DNA of 64,000 bases from a virus. Lineage: Duplodnaviria; Caudoviricetes. Under the pieces are notes generated by a model. The model saw only the letters and a program-made list of their open reading frames with translations, was not told where the DNA came from and did no database searches. How positions within the stretch are numbered: position 1 is the first letter of the stretch; each line of letters starts with the position of its first letter. The stretch covers positions 64,001-128,000 of the IMG/VR virus record IMGVR_UViG_3300028048_000055; one strand, given 5' to 3'. Made by a program: the position numbers and the translations under genes. This document shows positions 48,790-57,565 of the stretch, piece after piece.

Positions 48790-49462
48790 TTTAGACGTAA
48801 TTGTTAGTTTAACTACTTGGAAAGGTAGAATAAATGATAAATCTGTTAGACAAGTATTATATCGTTTAGTTGCACAACAACAAACTCAATACAAATATAA
48901 AGTAGTATTAGTATTATCACGAGAAGAATTTGGCGATGATTTTGTTGTCCCGGAAGATTTACAATTATTTGAAACTACTGGCAGATTTGAAATTTTGTGG
49001 ACTTATGATAACACAAGAGCACTTAAAAAGTTAACTCCTACTATGGAGAAATATCCAGAATTACCAATTATTACATTAGATGATGATGAACTTGTTACTG
49101 AAGATTGTATTGAAAAAGTAATGCAAGAACATAGACAAAATCCAAATGTTATATTAGGTGGTTCAGTTCGTGCTGCATTTGGGGTTACTCTTGCATGTAT
49201 GATTAGATTATTTCCTCCACATAGTTTAAAACAAATTCCTATTGAATACTTTAAAACTTATTTTAATTGTATGCAAGATGATGAATGGAATGGTATTTGT
49301 GCAAGACTTAATGGAACATCTATGCAACAATTAAAAGCTCAAGTTGTAATAAATTATAATTTTGGTGATCAAAAAAATGCATTTAACTATATATATCGTA
49401 AATTTGATTATCAATCTGCTATAAATAAATTTTTTACAGAACATCCTGAGTATAATAAATAA
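48782..49462 (+). CDS. GT-A fold glycosyltransferase
   Basis: IVSLTTWKGRI, KKLTPT..YP..PIITLDDD, DDEW. Confidence 0.75.
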   Translation: MNDLDVIVSLTTWKGRINDKSVRQVLYRLVAQQQTQYKYKVVLVLSREEFGDDFVVPEDLQLFETTGRFEILWTYDNTRALKKLTPTMEKYPELPIITLDDDELVTEDCIEKVMQEHRQNPNVILGGSVRAAFGVTLACMIRLFPPHSLKQIPIEYFKTYFNCMQDDEWNGICARLNGTSMQQLKAQVVINYNFGDQKNAFNYIYRKFDYQSAINKFFTEHPEYNK

Positions 49463-49468
49463 AATAGT

Positions 49469-50821
49469 ATGAATTATCTAGCATCGCATCCAGCATTTAC
49501 AAATGGTAGTGCAAATATTGGAAGGTTCGATGGCATTACGGGTAAACTTCATGTTTTTAAAGCAATCGCGGTTCTTTATGGTGGATTGGCTTATTGGGAA
49601 TGTGAACAAGAATATGACGTCGAAGCACCTAACGACGATATCGTTCAGCAACTTTATCAAATGAAAAGACTCGTAGAGCATATTAAAGAAGAACCTATTG
49701 CAAAAGAAACGTAGAAAATGATTATTACTATTGGTGGAATTGCATTTGTAACATTTATTATATCATTTATACTATTTTTTATATTCGCAATTTGTTATGC
49801 TGTTACCAAAGATAAAGTAGCAAAATTTTTTGATACACTTTGTAATATTTTTGCAGTTATAGCTTGTATGGGTATTATTACTGCACCAATTTGTTTTTGT
49901 ATCGGTTCTGATGAACTCACAAAGCAACATCTTGAAGCTTTGAAAACAGGATGGCGAAGACAGGACATTGAAAATAAATGTTTGAATGATACTACTGATA
50001 CATGCAAATATAAATGGCATCAATATTGGGCAGATAGTATTAAGACTGAACTTGAAGTTAAGGCAATAGAAGCCAAGGAAGCAATAAAGTAATAAACAAG
50101 AGGAAAAACAATGATTAAAGTATGGCAAATGCATAAATTTAATAAGGTGAAAAAAGCAGTCGTTATGGAACCTATTGGTTCATGGGGCGATGAAGAAATG
50201 AAGTTTACCGATTACTTTCGTATTGAAGCTACAGTAGAAGAATACGATAATGATGTAAGTGTTAATGTCTATTGGCGAGAACCGGAACGTAATCATGATA
50301 TTGTTCCGTTTAATGTTCTTATTGATTTAGACCAGCATATTACTCATATGTATACGGGTAATCATAATGTTAGTGAAATGATAAAACTTGTTCGTACTGA
50401 TGCTATTGCTGCATATAAGCAATATATAAATGTAAAGGAAATTTTGATGACTTCACCTTATCTTGCAAGTTTTAATTGCACATCCTATAGCGGGTCTGGC
50501 CTTAACGTTCGTTTAAAGCCATACGATTTAGAACGTTATATTACAGCTGTAGCAGATGAAGATTCTTTTGCAAAGCGAGCAGTGAAAGAACATCCTAACG
50601 CTATTGCTGAATATAAGAAAAGTATCTTAAAGGAATTTAGTACTTGGACAACAGTAAATGCTGATGAGCCGAATCTTTTATTTGATACATTTAATACTTG
50701 GTATACAAATAAATATTTGCCGGAGCTTGAACTTGAAGCAAGAAATAAGGAATGTAAAGATACACTTGATGCAATCCAAAGACTCAAAGATGAAAGAGAA
50801 GCAAAAAAGAAATCTAATTAA
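49469..50821 (+). CDS. Three hypothetical genes (49469-49714; 49718-50092 membrane; 50111-50821)
   Basis: ORFs with plausible starts. Confidence 0.65.
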
Positions 50822-50824
50822 AAT

Positions 50825-50850
50825 AAAAGAGGTTTTAAAACCTCTTTTTA
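50825..50850. terminator. Bidirectional terminator
   Basis: AAAAGAGGTTTT/AAAACCTCTTTT palindrome between convergent genes. Confidence 0.75.
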
Positions 50851-51411
50851 TTTAAATTTTGCAAATATTGGTCGATTATCTTTTTCGTATCGTAAAATTA
50901 ATTTCATATTCTTGATACTGACAAGAGTCGGAAACCATGCTTTCATAAAGAAGTCATATTGCTCATCAGTCATATAATCAATTCCATTATAGATTACTAA
51001 ATGATATGAAGGGCCATGTATACATGCTTCAAGCATATCATTACATGAAATTTTTGAACCATTACTAAGTACTATGCAATAGTCATTTTCATATGTAACA
51101 GAAATAAAATTATCTTTCATTGCATTAAGACGATTTATTACATGTTTGACATAAGATTTTATTAAACCCATTTTTGACTCTACATGAATCGGTGCGCCGA
51201 AACATATATGTTTATTAGGATTTACTATCGCATACCAGATGGCATATAAATCTGTTTCATCACCATCGAGATACTTATTTTGAATTTTTACTGCAATGTG
51301 TTGCTTAGTCTGATATTCTCTAACCCATTCTTCTTGATATTTTGTTGGAATAATTCCGAAAAACTCAGTTATAAAATTTATCGGATCTGATAAGACATCG
51401 CTTAAATTCAT
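50848..51411 (-). CDS. Degenerate stand-alone terminase large subunit (gp17-like) ATPase domain lacking Walker A/B
   Basis: DP..F, YQ, IVLSNGSKI, IHGPSY.LVIY, FPTL..KLIL follow gp17 motif order; GKT and DE absent; GAGGTG RBS; CATAAATA upstream. Confidence 0.7.
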   Translation of the reverse strand: MNLSDVLSDPINFITEFFGIIPTKYQEEWVREYQTKQHIAVKIQNKYLDGDETDLYAIWYAIVNPNKHICFGAPIHVESKMGLIKSYVKHVINRLNAMKDNFISVTYENDYCIVLSNGSKISCNDMLEACIHGPSYHLVIYNGIDYMTDEQYDFFMKAWFPTLVSIKNMKLILRYEKDNRPIFAKFK

Positions 51412-51443
51412 ATATTCACCTCAATTTTATAATATATTTATGG

Positions 51444-51472
51444 TTTACGAAACCAGAAATTTTTACTATATT
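51444..51472 (+). promoter_or_regulatory. Sigma70-like promoter TTTACG-N17-TATATT, divergent from a late-type promoter
   Basis: Consensus match; minus-strand CATAAATA at 51435-51442. Confidence 0.7.
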
Positions 51473-51477
51473 TAAAA

Positions 51478-52125
51478 TTGATGAAAGACCGAAACAAAAT
51501 AGATTCAATTTTTAAACGATATCGAAATTACATTCCTTCTCTTTTCGGAGAAGTTAATGCTTATTATTATAATGAATGTGGTGATAGTATTATTAAAGAA
51601 GATACCAATACCGATATAACTAATGATATCGGTTTAGCTTATAATAATATCTATAATTTATATCCTTCTAATAAAAGTTATAGTCGTTGCACTTGGATTA
51701 AAGATAATTGTTTCGTTTTAAAACGTTTTTTCCAGAAAGATGATAAAGTTAAAAACGGTGACTTGTTAGCTATTACTATTACACCATATGATAAGAATAT
51801 TCAAAGGCAGCTTGAAGCTTATAGACAGATTCTTATTAAAATTGCACAATTAAAAGCACAAAGAGAAGAAATTGAAAAAGAACCCATATGGTTTGCTCCA
51901 AGTTCTAATTTTGAAAAATATTTAAGTTTTGTTAAGCAATTTAGTCCAAATTTGCTTAAGAGTTTAACTACTCCAGGTGAGCGTGCTAAACTTGAACATG
52001 ATGCTAAACTTGCTGTATGTTGTCATGAACTTGGTGAAATGCTTCTTAAAAAAGATAGACAAAGAACACAATTAATTAATATCTGGAAAAAAGAAAAAGC
52101 TAATCTGATGAGGTACGTAGCATGA
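51478..52125 (+). CDS. Hypothetical protein
   Basis: ORF directly after promoter. Confidence 0.7.
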   Translation: MMKDRNKIDSIFKRYRNYIPSLFGEVNAYYYNECGDSIIKEDTNTDITNDIGLAYNNIYNLYPSNKSYSRCTWIKDNCFVLKRFFQKDDKVKNGDLLAITITPYDKNIQRQLEAYRQILIKIAQLKAQREEIEKEPIWFAPSSNFEKYLSFVKQFSPNLLKSLTTPGERAKLEHDAKLAVCCHELGEMLLKKDRQRTQLINIWKKEKANLMRYVA

Positions 52126-52857
52126 CAGTTGACGTTATAGTATGGTTAATTTTATTAATTGTTATTAGTCTATCAGTTTTAATTGGCTTATGGGTATTAT
52201 TTGATATTTTTGGAAATGATTGTGATGGCATTAAAGAAATATGGGATGATTTTTCTAGTTTTCTAGAATTTATTGTTGATTTCATTTTTGATTATTTTTC
52301 AGGTAGGAAACAAGCAAAACTAGATGCTGCCCGTAAACATAAACGTAAAGTAAAAGATTTATATTATTCATTTTTAGGATATAAGGTAAAATAGCTATGG
52401 CAGATGATCCTTTAGCAGTATTATTATTGACTTTTATTATTCTAGGTTCTATTTTCGTTTTACCTGCGATTGCTGAAACGATTGGTTTAATAATTGCAGA
52501 TGGCGTAAATGCAACTAATAAGAAAAAGTTTGAATATCATCAGAAAGTTTCAAAACTTACTAAGGAATTCCTTAACTTTAAACGTGAGGTAAAGTAATGT
52601 TAGATTCTATTGAACTAAATGAAACTACAATGGGAATTGCTATTGCTATCTGGATGTTTGTGGGCGGATTTATTGCAGCCTGTTTTTTCGATATGATGGA
52701 AGGCGATTATTGGATGTTTAACTGGCCTATTAGACTCTATAAGTATTTTAGCGATAAACATTATAATAAAAAATATCAGAGAGAAAAAGCTAGAATAATA
52801 AGGCGAGACCGTCTTAGTCAAGTTTATAGAAATTTTTTAAGTTTTAAAGGAAATTAA
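52122..52857 (+). CDS. Three tandem single-TM proteins with a shared C-terminal FLx(F/Y)K motif (52122-52394, 52397-52597, 52597-52857)
   Basis: N-terminal TM; ends LYYSFLGYK / LTKEFLNFK / VYRNFLSFK. Confidence 0.7.
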
Positions 52858-52859
52858 TT

Positions 52860-53327
52860 ATGAAAACAATTAGAGAAAATACATTTGAAACTAACTCTTC
52901 TTCCTGTCATACTTTAATTATCGTATCAAAGGAAGAATTTGAAGCTGTCAAGAATTGCGATTATCTTATTTATTATCGTAAGATTATTCCGGCTGAACAA
53001 GCCTATAAGGAAACAATGGAAGAACTCGAACAGCTTGAAGAAAAGATGTCCGCCTCTTATCGTGCTACTTATAAGAATGAACTTACCTTTGATGTCTTTA
53101 AGGAAATTCTTAAAAAGTTCAATGAATGGAGTTTGACTTATAGTAATCGGCATGACGCATATGCAGGTCCAATCGAAGATAATGAAACTGCTGTTACCGC
53201 AGGATTGCCTGAAGAATATGACACATTCAAAACCTATGGTGGCGAATACTATGAAACCTATTCCGAAACTTTCACTACCAAGTCCGGTGATGAAATTGTT
53301 GCATTCGGCTATTATGGACATGACTAA
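52860..53327 (+). CDS. FETNSSS-motif protein 1
   Basis: MKTIRENTFETNSSSCH. Confidence 0.85.
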   Translation: MKTIRENTFETNSSSCHTLIIVSKEEFEAVKNCDYLIYYRKIIPAEQAYKETMEELEQLEEKMSASYRATYKNELTFDVFKEILKKFNEWSLTYSNRHDAYAGPIEDNETAVTAGLPEEYDTFKTYGGEYYETYSETFTTKSGDEIVAFGYYGHD

Positions 53328-53831
53328 ATGAAAACTATTAGACAAAATACATTTGAAACAAATTCATCTTCTTGTCATGTAATCACGGTTCTAACTGACA
53401 GTGAACTTGAAATGCTGCAGAAGGGCGAATTGCTTTTAATGGTTTATAAAAGCCAAGGAGATAAAGTTCTTACTAAGCCCCTTACGCAGTGGAGATTTAG
53501 ATATGAAATTCAAGAATGTCAGTGCTGTTATGACTATGAAACTGGTGAAAGAAAGTGGGTTGATATAGAACGACCTATTATTGATGCATTGTCAGAAGTA
53601 CTTTGGACTTTACTTATAGAAAATACAAAGGCGCCAGTTGAAAATTTCGAAAATAAGCTTAATGATATTTTTGATAAGTTTAACTTAGATGTAAGTTTTA
53701 TAACCGCAGTAAAAGATTTTATAAATTATATTGAAGGTAGCTATTTTGTACGCGATGTTACTGAAAATATGGTAAAATATGGCTCTGGTTATAATACAAT
53801 GAATTTTAGTTGTCATGAGGTAGAATGCTAA
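53328..53831 (+). CDS. FETNSSS-motif protein 2
   Basis: MKTIRQNTFETNSSSCH. Confidence 0.85.
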   Translation: MKTIRQNTFETNSSSCHVITVLTDSELEMLQKGELLLMVYKSQGDKVLTKPLTQWRFRYEIQECQCCYDYETGERKWVDIERPIIDALSEVLWTLLIENTKAPVENFENKLNDIFDKFNLDVSFITAVKDFINYIEGSYFVRDVTENMVKYGSGYNTMNFSCHEVEC

Positions 53832-54289
53832 TGAAAACGATTAGACAAAATACATTTGAAACTAATTCAAGTTCTTGCCATGTTCTTACTGTTGCGGATC
53901 AGGCTGAATATGATTTGGTCAAAAATAATCAGGCAGTAATTTATGTTCCTGTCTATCATTCTCAATCTGAAGATGTTTATGAGTCTGTAATTCTTACTAA
54001 GGAAGGTTTTCTTTCTGTTATAGAAAAACAGGTCGGTGAACAGTATGAAACATATTCTACATTCTTTGAAGAATCGTGGAATATTATGTTTATGCCTGGT
54101 TGTTATGATGATCAGCTCGAAGAACTTGCAGTAAAATACAAGGTTCCATGCGATATCAAGCAAAAAGTAGAAGATATCATTTGGCACAGCACTCATGAAG
54201 AAGGTCAGATTGAAATTCTTAATGATGCAATTAAGAAGGAAGTCAACGGTTCTACCGTATATGTAAGTTGTTGGTCTAAATACTGCTAA
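53831..54289 (+). CDS. FETNSSS-motif protein 3
   Basis: MKTIRQNTFETNSSSCH; start ATG 53831. Confidence 0.85.
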   Translation: MKTIRQNTFETNSSSCHVLTVADQAEYDLVKNNQAVIYVPVYHSQSEDVYESVILTKEGFLSVIEKQVGEQYETYSTFFEESWNIMFMPGCYDDQLEELAVKYKVPCDIKQKVEDIIWHSTHEEGQIEILNDAIKKEVNGSTVYVSCWSKYC

Positions 54290-55116
54290 TGAGATATTTG
54301 TATAATATGGAAATTGATAGAGAAATCACAGATCTTGGTCATCGATTAAAAGATATCGAAAAACAAATCGATTATATCAGGGATTGTACCGAAGCAGAAC
54401 TTGCTAAGTGTGAGCAAGCTATTGATGACCGTATTGCTTATAATTCATATTATAGCCGTTTTGATCAACCCGCATTTTTAACGACAGACCGTGGATTTTA
54501 TTGGAAATGGAAACCTGCTAAAAAAGAGTTTCGTGATTACAAACTTAATAAAATCTACAATTTCTTTATCAGCTATGATGCAAATGATGACGGTATACGT
54601 ATAAAGTGGCTTCCATTAGTTGAACGTATCAGGCATATCTGTGTAGATATTGGTAACGTATATTTTAACCATCATGAATCTATCATCGGTGAACATTGCT
54701 GTAGTATCTATATTGATAGGCCAACATTGATTAAGAACATATTTGTAAAACGCGATCAGGTTGTTAATCAAGGTGACGATGTTTATTCTGTCGAATATAT
54801 CAATATCGATTCTAAGCTTGAAGAAATCTTGAATGATTCAAAACTAGAATATTTGCCGTATGATAAATTTATAAAGCTGAATAAGTTTTATAACTGGTGT
54901 AAAGAAACTAATCGTCATGCCATTCTTGCAGCAAAAACAGTATGTGATTATCCGAGAATGTTAACTTCCACTGTTCAATTTGAAGAATTGTATAAAGATG
55001 CAATTGATTGCTATAAGACATATGATCCGCAATGTCTTATTAATGAAAATACAAGGACATATAGAAACAGGCATGGACATGGGCATCTAAGACCAGGACC
55101 AACTGTAAGAATGTAG
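54289..55116 (+). CDS. Hypothetical protein
   Basis: Coupled ORF. Confidence 0.7.
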   Translation: MRYLYNMEIDREITDLGHRLKDIEKQIDYIRDCTEAELAKCEQAIDDRIAYNSYYSRFDQPAFLTTDRGFYWKWKPAKKEFRDYKLNKIYNFFISYDANDDGIRIKWLPLVERIRHICVDIGNVYFNHHESIIGEHCCSIYIDRPTLIKNIFVKRDQVVNQGDDVYSVEYINIDSKLEEILNDSKLEYLPYDKFIKLNKFYNWCKETNRHAILAAKTVCDYPRMLTSTVQFEELYKDAIDCYKTYDPQCLINENTRTYRNRHGHGHLRPGPTVRM

Positions 55117-55146
55117 GTTTACAAAAACCTGCATTTTTTCTATATT
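55113..55146 (+). promoter_or_regulatory. Fused terminator and sigma70-like promoter; leaderless cca
   Basis: GTAGGTTT/AAACCTGC stem plus T-run; -35 at 55118, -10 at 55141; ATG 7 nt later. Confidence 0.8.
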
Positions 55147-55153
55147 ATAAGAT

Positions 55154-56419
55154 ATGGTATTTGAAACTTTTGATAAAACTGTTGCATCTGGTATGGACCT
55201 CTGCCGAGTAATCGTTCAGAAGGGTTATGAAGCCTATCTCGTTGGTGGTTGCGTTCGTGATATGATTATGCAAAGACTTGGTATGAGTGACAAGACTGAT
55301 ATTCATGATGTCGATATTGCTACTAACATGCCTATTGAACAGCTTCGGCATAACTTCAAGACTGCAAGTAATAATGGTGAAGCACATGGCACAATTCTTG
55401 TAGAACATGACGGTATCTATTTCGAAGTTACACAGTTCAGAACTGATGGCATTTATTCTGATGGTCGTCATCCTGATTCTGTAACTTTTACTAAGTCGTT
55501 CAAGGAAGATACTGCTCGTCGTGACTTTACTATCAATGCTATGGGTCTTGATTGCAACGGTGTCGTAATTGACCATCACAACGGTATTAAGTGCCTTCAG
55601 GATAAGGTTATCAATACTGTTGGTGATCCAGTTGAACGTTTTAGCGAAGATGCACTCCGTATTATCAGAGCATATCGCTTTGCCGCAAGGTATAAGTTCG
55701 ATATTACTCCTGAGATTCGTGAGGCTATTCGTAAGACTAAGTATAAGCTCGCAGATATCGCAATGGAACGTGTTTCTGATGAACTTAAGAAGTGCATGTC
55801 TTATGGCTATACTGAAATCGCTGCTATGGTCAGAATGATGAATACTGATGGTATTTTCCAGATTATCGACCCTAAGGGCTATATTAACCCTGTCGAAGCT
55901 GAAAATATGCTCAGTACCCGTGCAGTTCGATTCGTAAATGGTATGGGAGGTGCTTATTCACCTCTTGGTTCGCTCATATGCATGCTCTGGGGCTCTGATT
56001 TAAAAAATGCATATCAACACTATAAGTTAGAGCACGAGGTCTTCAGATGCGCCCAATGGTGCTTTAATCACCGTGATACTTATCGTAATCCGGATGCTGA
56101 TATCGTTGATTCAGTTGAAATGATTGCTAATAAATATTTTAATCAGCTTTATGAGCTCGAAGATGCAATTAGTGGTTATCGTATACCTAAAAAGGCGATT
56201 GATGATTTCACTACAATCGCACCTATTGCATTCAAGAATCAAAACTTCCTTAGCGGTGTTCTTACTCATGCTGGATATCAGGGTAAAGAATTCGGTATTA
56301 TGCTTCATAAACTTAAGAAATGGTATTATCATAGCTTAAGTACTGGATATGTTCCTGAAACTCCGAAATCATTTATTAAAGACATTGAAGCAGCCCTTGC
56401 TGATATAAATAATAAATGA
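55154..56419 (+). CDS. cca: Class II tRNA nucleotidyltransferase (CCA-adding enzyme)
   Basis: LVGGCVRD, DVDIAT, DGRHP, RRDFTINAM, EDALRIIRAYRF. Confidence 0.92.
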   Translation: MVFETFDKTVASGMDLCRVIVQKGYEAYLVGGCVRDMIMQRLGMSDKTDIHDVDIATNMPIEQLRHNFKTASNNGEAHGTILVEHDGIYFEVTQFRTDGIYSDGRHPDSVTFTKSFKEDTARRDFTINAMGLDCNGVVIDHHNGIKCLQDKVINTVGDPVERFSEDALRIIRAYRFAARYKFDITPEIREAIRKTKYKLADIAMERVSDELKKCMSYGYTEIAAMVRMMNTDGIFQIIDPKGYINPVEAENMLSTRAVRFVNGMGGAYSPLGSLICMLWGSDLKNAYQHYKLEHEVFRCAQWCFNHRDTYRNPDADIVDSVEMIANKYFNQLYELEDAISGYRIPKKAIDDFTTIAPIAFKNQNFLSGVLTHAGYQGKEFGIMLHKLKKWYYHSLSTGYVPETPKSFIKDIEAALADINNK

Positions 56420-56730
56420 ATCGTATAAGAATATCAGAAGCTAAACAAATTCTCGAAGATAATGGCTATATCGTAGAACGCGATACGGCCATTTCTACTT
56501 TTAAAGATAAGGTCATGGAACATTTAAGATATCTTTGTGATCCTCTCCTTAGAGCAGACTTTGACCCAGATGATGTATTTGAAAAGGCATATGATGTCTA
56601 TAAAGCAAAATACAGTGCTGGATATGATGCTTGGGACACTGCAAAAGACATGATTGCTAGATATCGTTTTATGGTAAAATGGCATGAAATCGAAGGAGTA
56701 AGACGTGGTAGTTCACAAGAAAGGGCATAA
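56416..56730 (+). CDS. Hypothetical protein with EAKxILxxNGY motif
   Basis: ISEAKQILEDNGYIVE. Confidence 0.75.
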   Translation: MNRIRISEAKQILEDNGYIVERDTAISTFKDKVMEHLRYLCDPLLRADFDPDDVFEKAYDVYKAKYSAGYDAWDTAKDMIARYRFMVKWHEIEGVRRGSSQERA

Positions 56731-56923
56731 AAATAGTAAAGGCGAAAAAGCTGAATGGTGTATTGTTTCACACAAGACACATAAGATTCTAAGTTCTCAT
56801 AAATCTAAAGCCGCAGCTAAAAAGCATTTACAGCAGATGCATATTTTCAAAGAAAATGAGATGTCAGTCGAACAGGCTCTTGATATTCTAAAAGAAAACG
56901 GATATATTACGGAGCAAGAATGA
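56705..56923 (+). CDS. Small basic protein with C-terminal ILKENGY motif
   Basis: AAGGAG RBS before GTG. Confidence 0.7.
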   Translation: MVVHKKGHKNSKGEKAEWCIVSHKTHKILSSHKSKAAAKKHLQQMHIFKENEMSVEQALDILKENGYITEQE

Positions 56924-57456
56924 CCAACAAAAGTTTAACAAAGAATTTCAAATTATCAGAATTCATATCAACAGACCCGACCGAATACCAGTTATGTCTT
57001 TTAACTATCCTTGCGGAAAACCTCCAGAAGGTCAGAGATTTATTACAGATATATGCAGTAGACGGTAAAACTGTTTCCATAGGTATTTCATCAGGTGTAA
57101 GAACTCAAGCCGATTATGATAGATTAAAAGCAAAAGGATATAATCCTAGCAAGACAAGTGACCATTTCTGCGGTCTTCAACTCGATTGCAAACCCACATT
57201 AGGCGCTGCAGATATCTATATCAAGAACTGTAAACTTCCGTTAAAGGAAATCACATCCTTGATTATTACTTGGGATAGAGAAGAAAGAGTTGACTTCGGT
57301 CAGGTAATCTATGAATACAATCCAGCTACTAAGTCTGAGTGGATTCACCTTGGAAATGATCCTGAACAGATATTTTCTGATAAAGTTGTCGTTTCCAGAA
57401 AGAAATACTTGATGTCTCTCGATAATGGTAAAACTTATAAGGATTTTAAACTATAA
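56920..57456 (+). CDS. Peptidase M15-family (Zn D-Ala-D-Ala/endolysin-like)
   Basis: LTKNFKLSEF, SSGVR, SDH..AADI, WIHLG. Confidence 0.8.
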   Translation: MTNKSLTKNFKLSEFISTDPTEYQLCLLTILAENLQKVRDLLQIYAVDGKTVSIGISSGVRTQADYDRLKAKGYNPSKTSDHFCGLQLDCKPTLGAADIYIKNCKLPLKEITSLIITWDREERVDFGQVIYEYNPATKSEWIHLGNDPEQIFSDKVVVSRKKYLMSLDNGKTYKDFKL

Positions 57457-57496
57457 TTGTTGCTTTCCATTTTTGGGCACGTTTCAAAAGCAACAG

Positions 57497-57558
57497 CACT
57501 AGACGAAAGTCTAGTGTTTTTTATTCGGGTTTACAAATCAATTTATTTTTACTATCTT
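57497..57558 (+). promoter_or_regulatory. Terminator followed by sigma70-like promoter; leaderless RNA ligase
   Basis: CACTAGAC-GAAA-GTCTAGTG plus T-run; TTTACA at 57530, TATCTT at 57553; ATG 7 nt later. Confidence 0.8.
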
Positions 57559-57565
57559 TGATAAT

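Noticed and set aside
54720-54800. Biotinyl/lipoyl-like hairpin (IKNIFVKRDQVVNQGD)
   Set aside because: Only half of the pattern is present and there is no acceptor-lysine motif; too weak to call.
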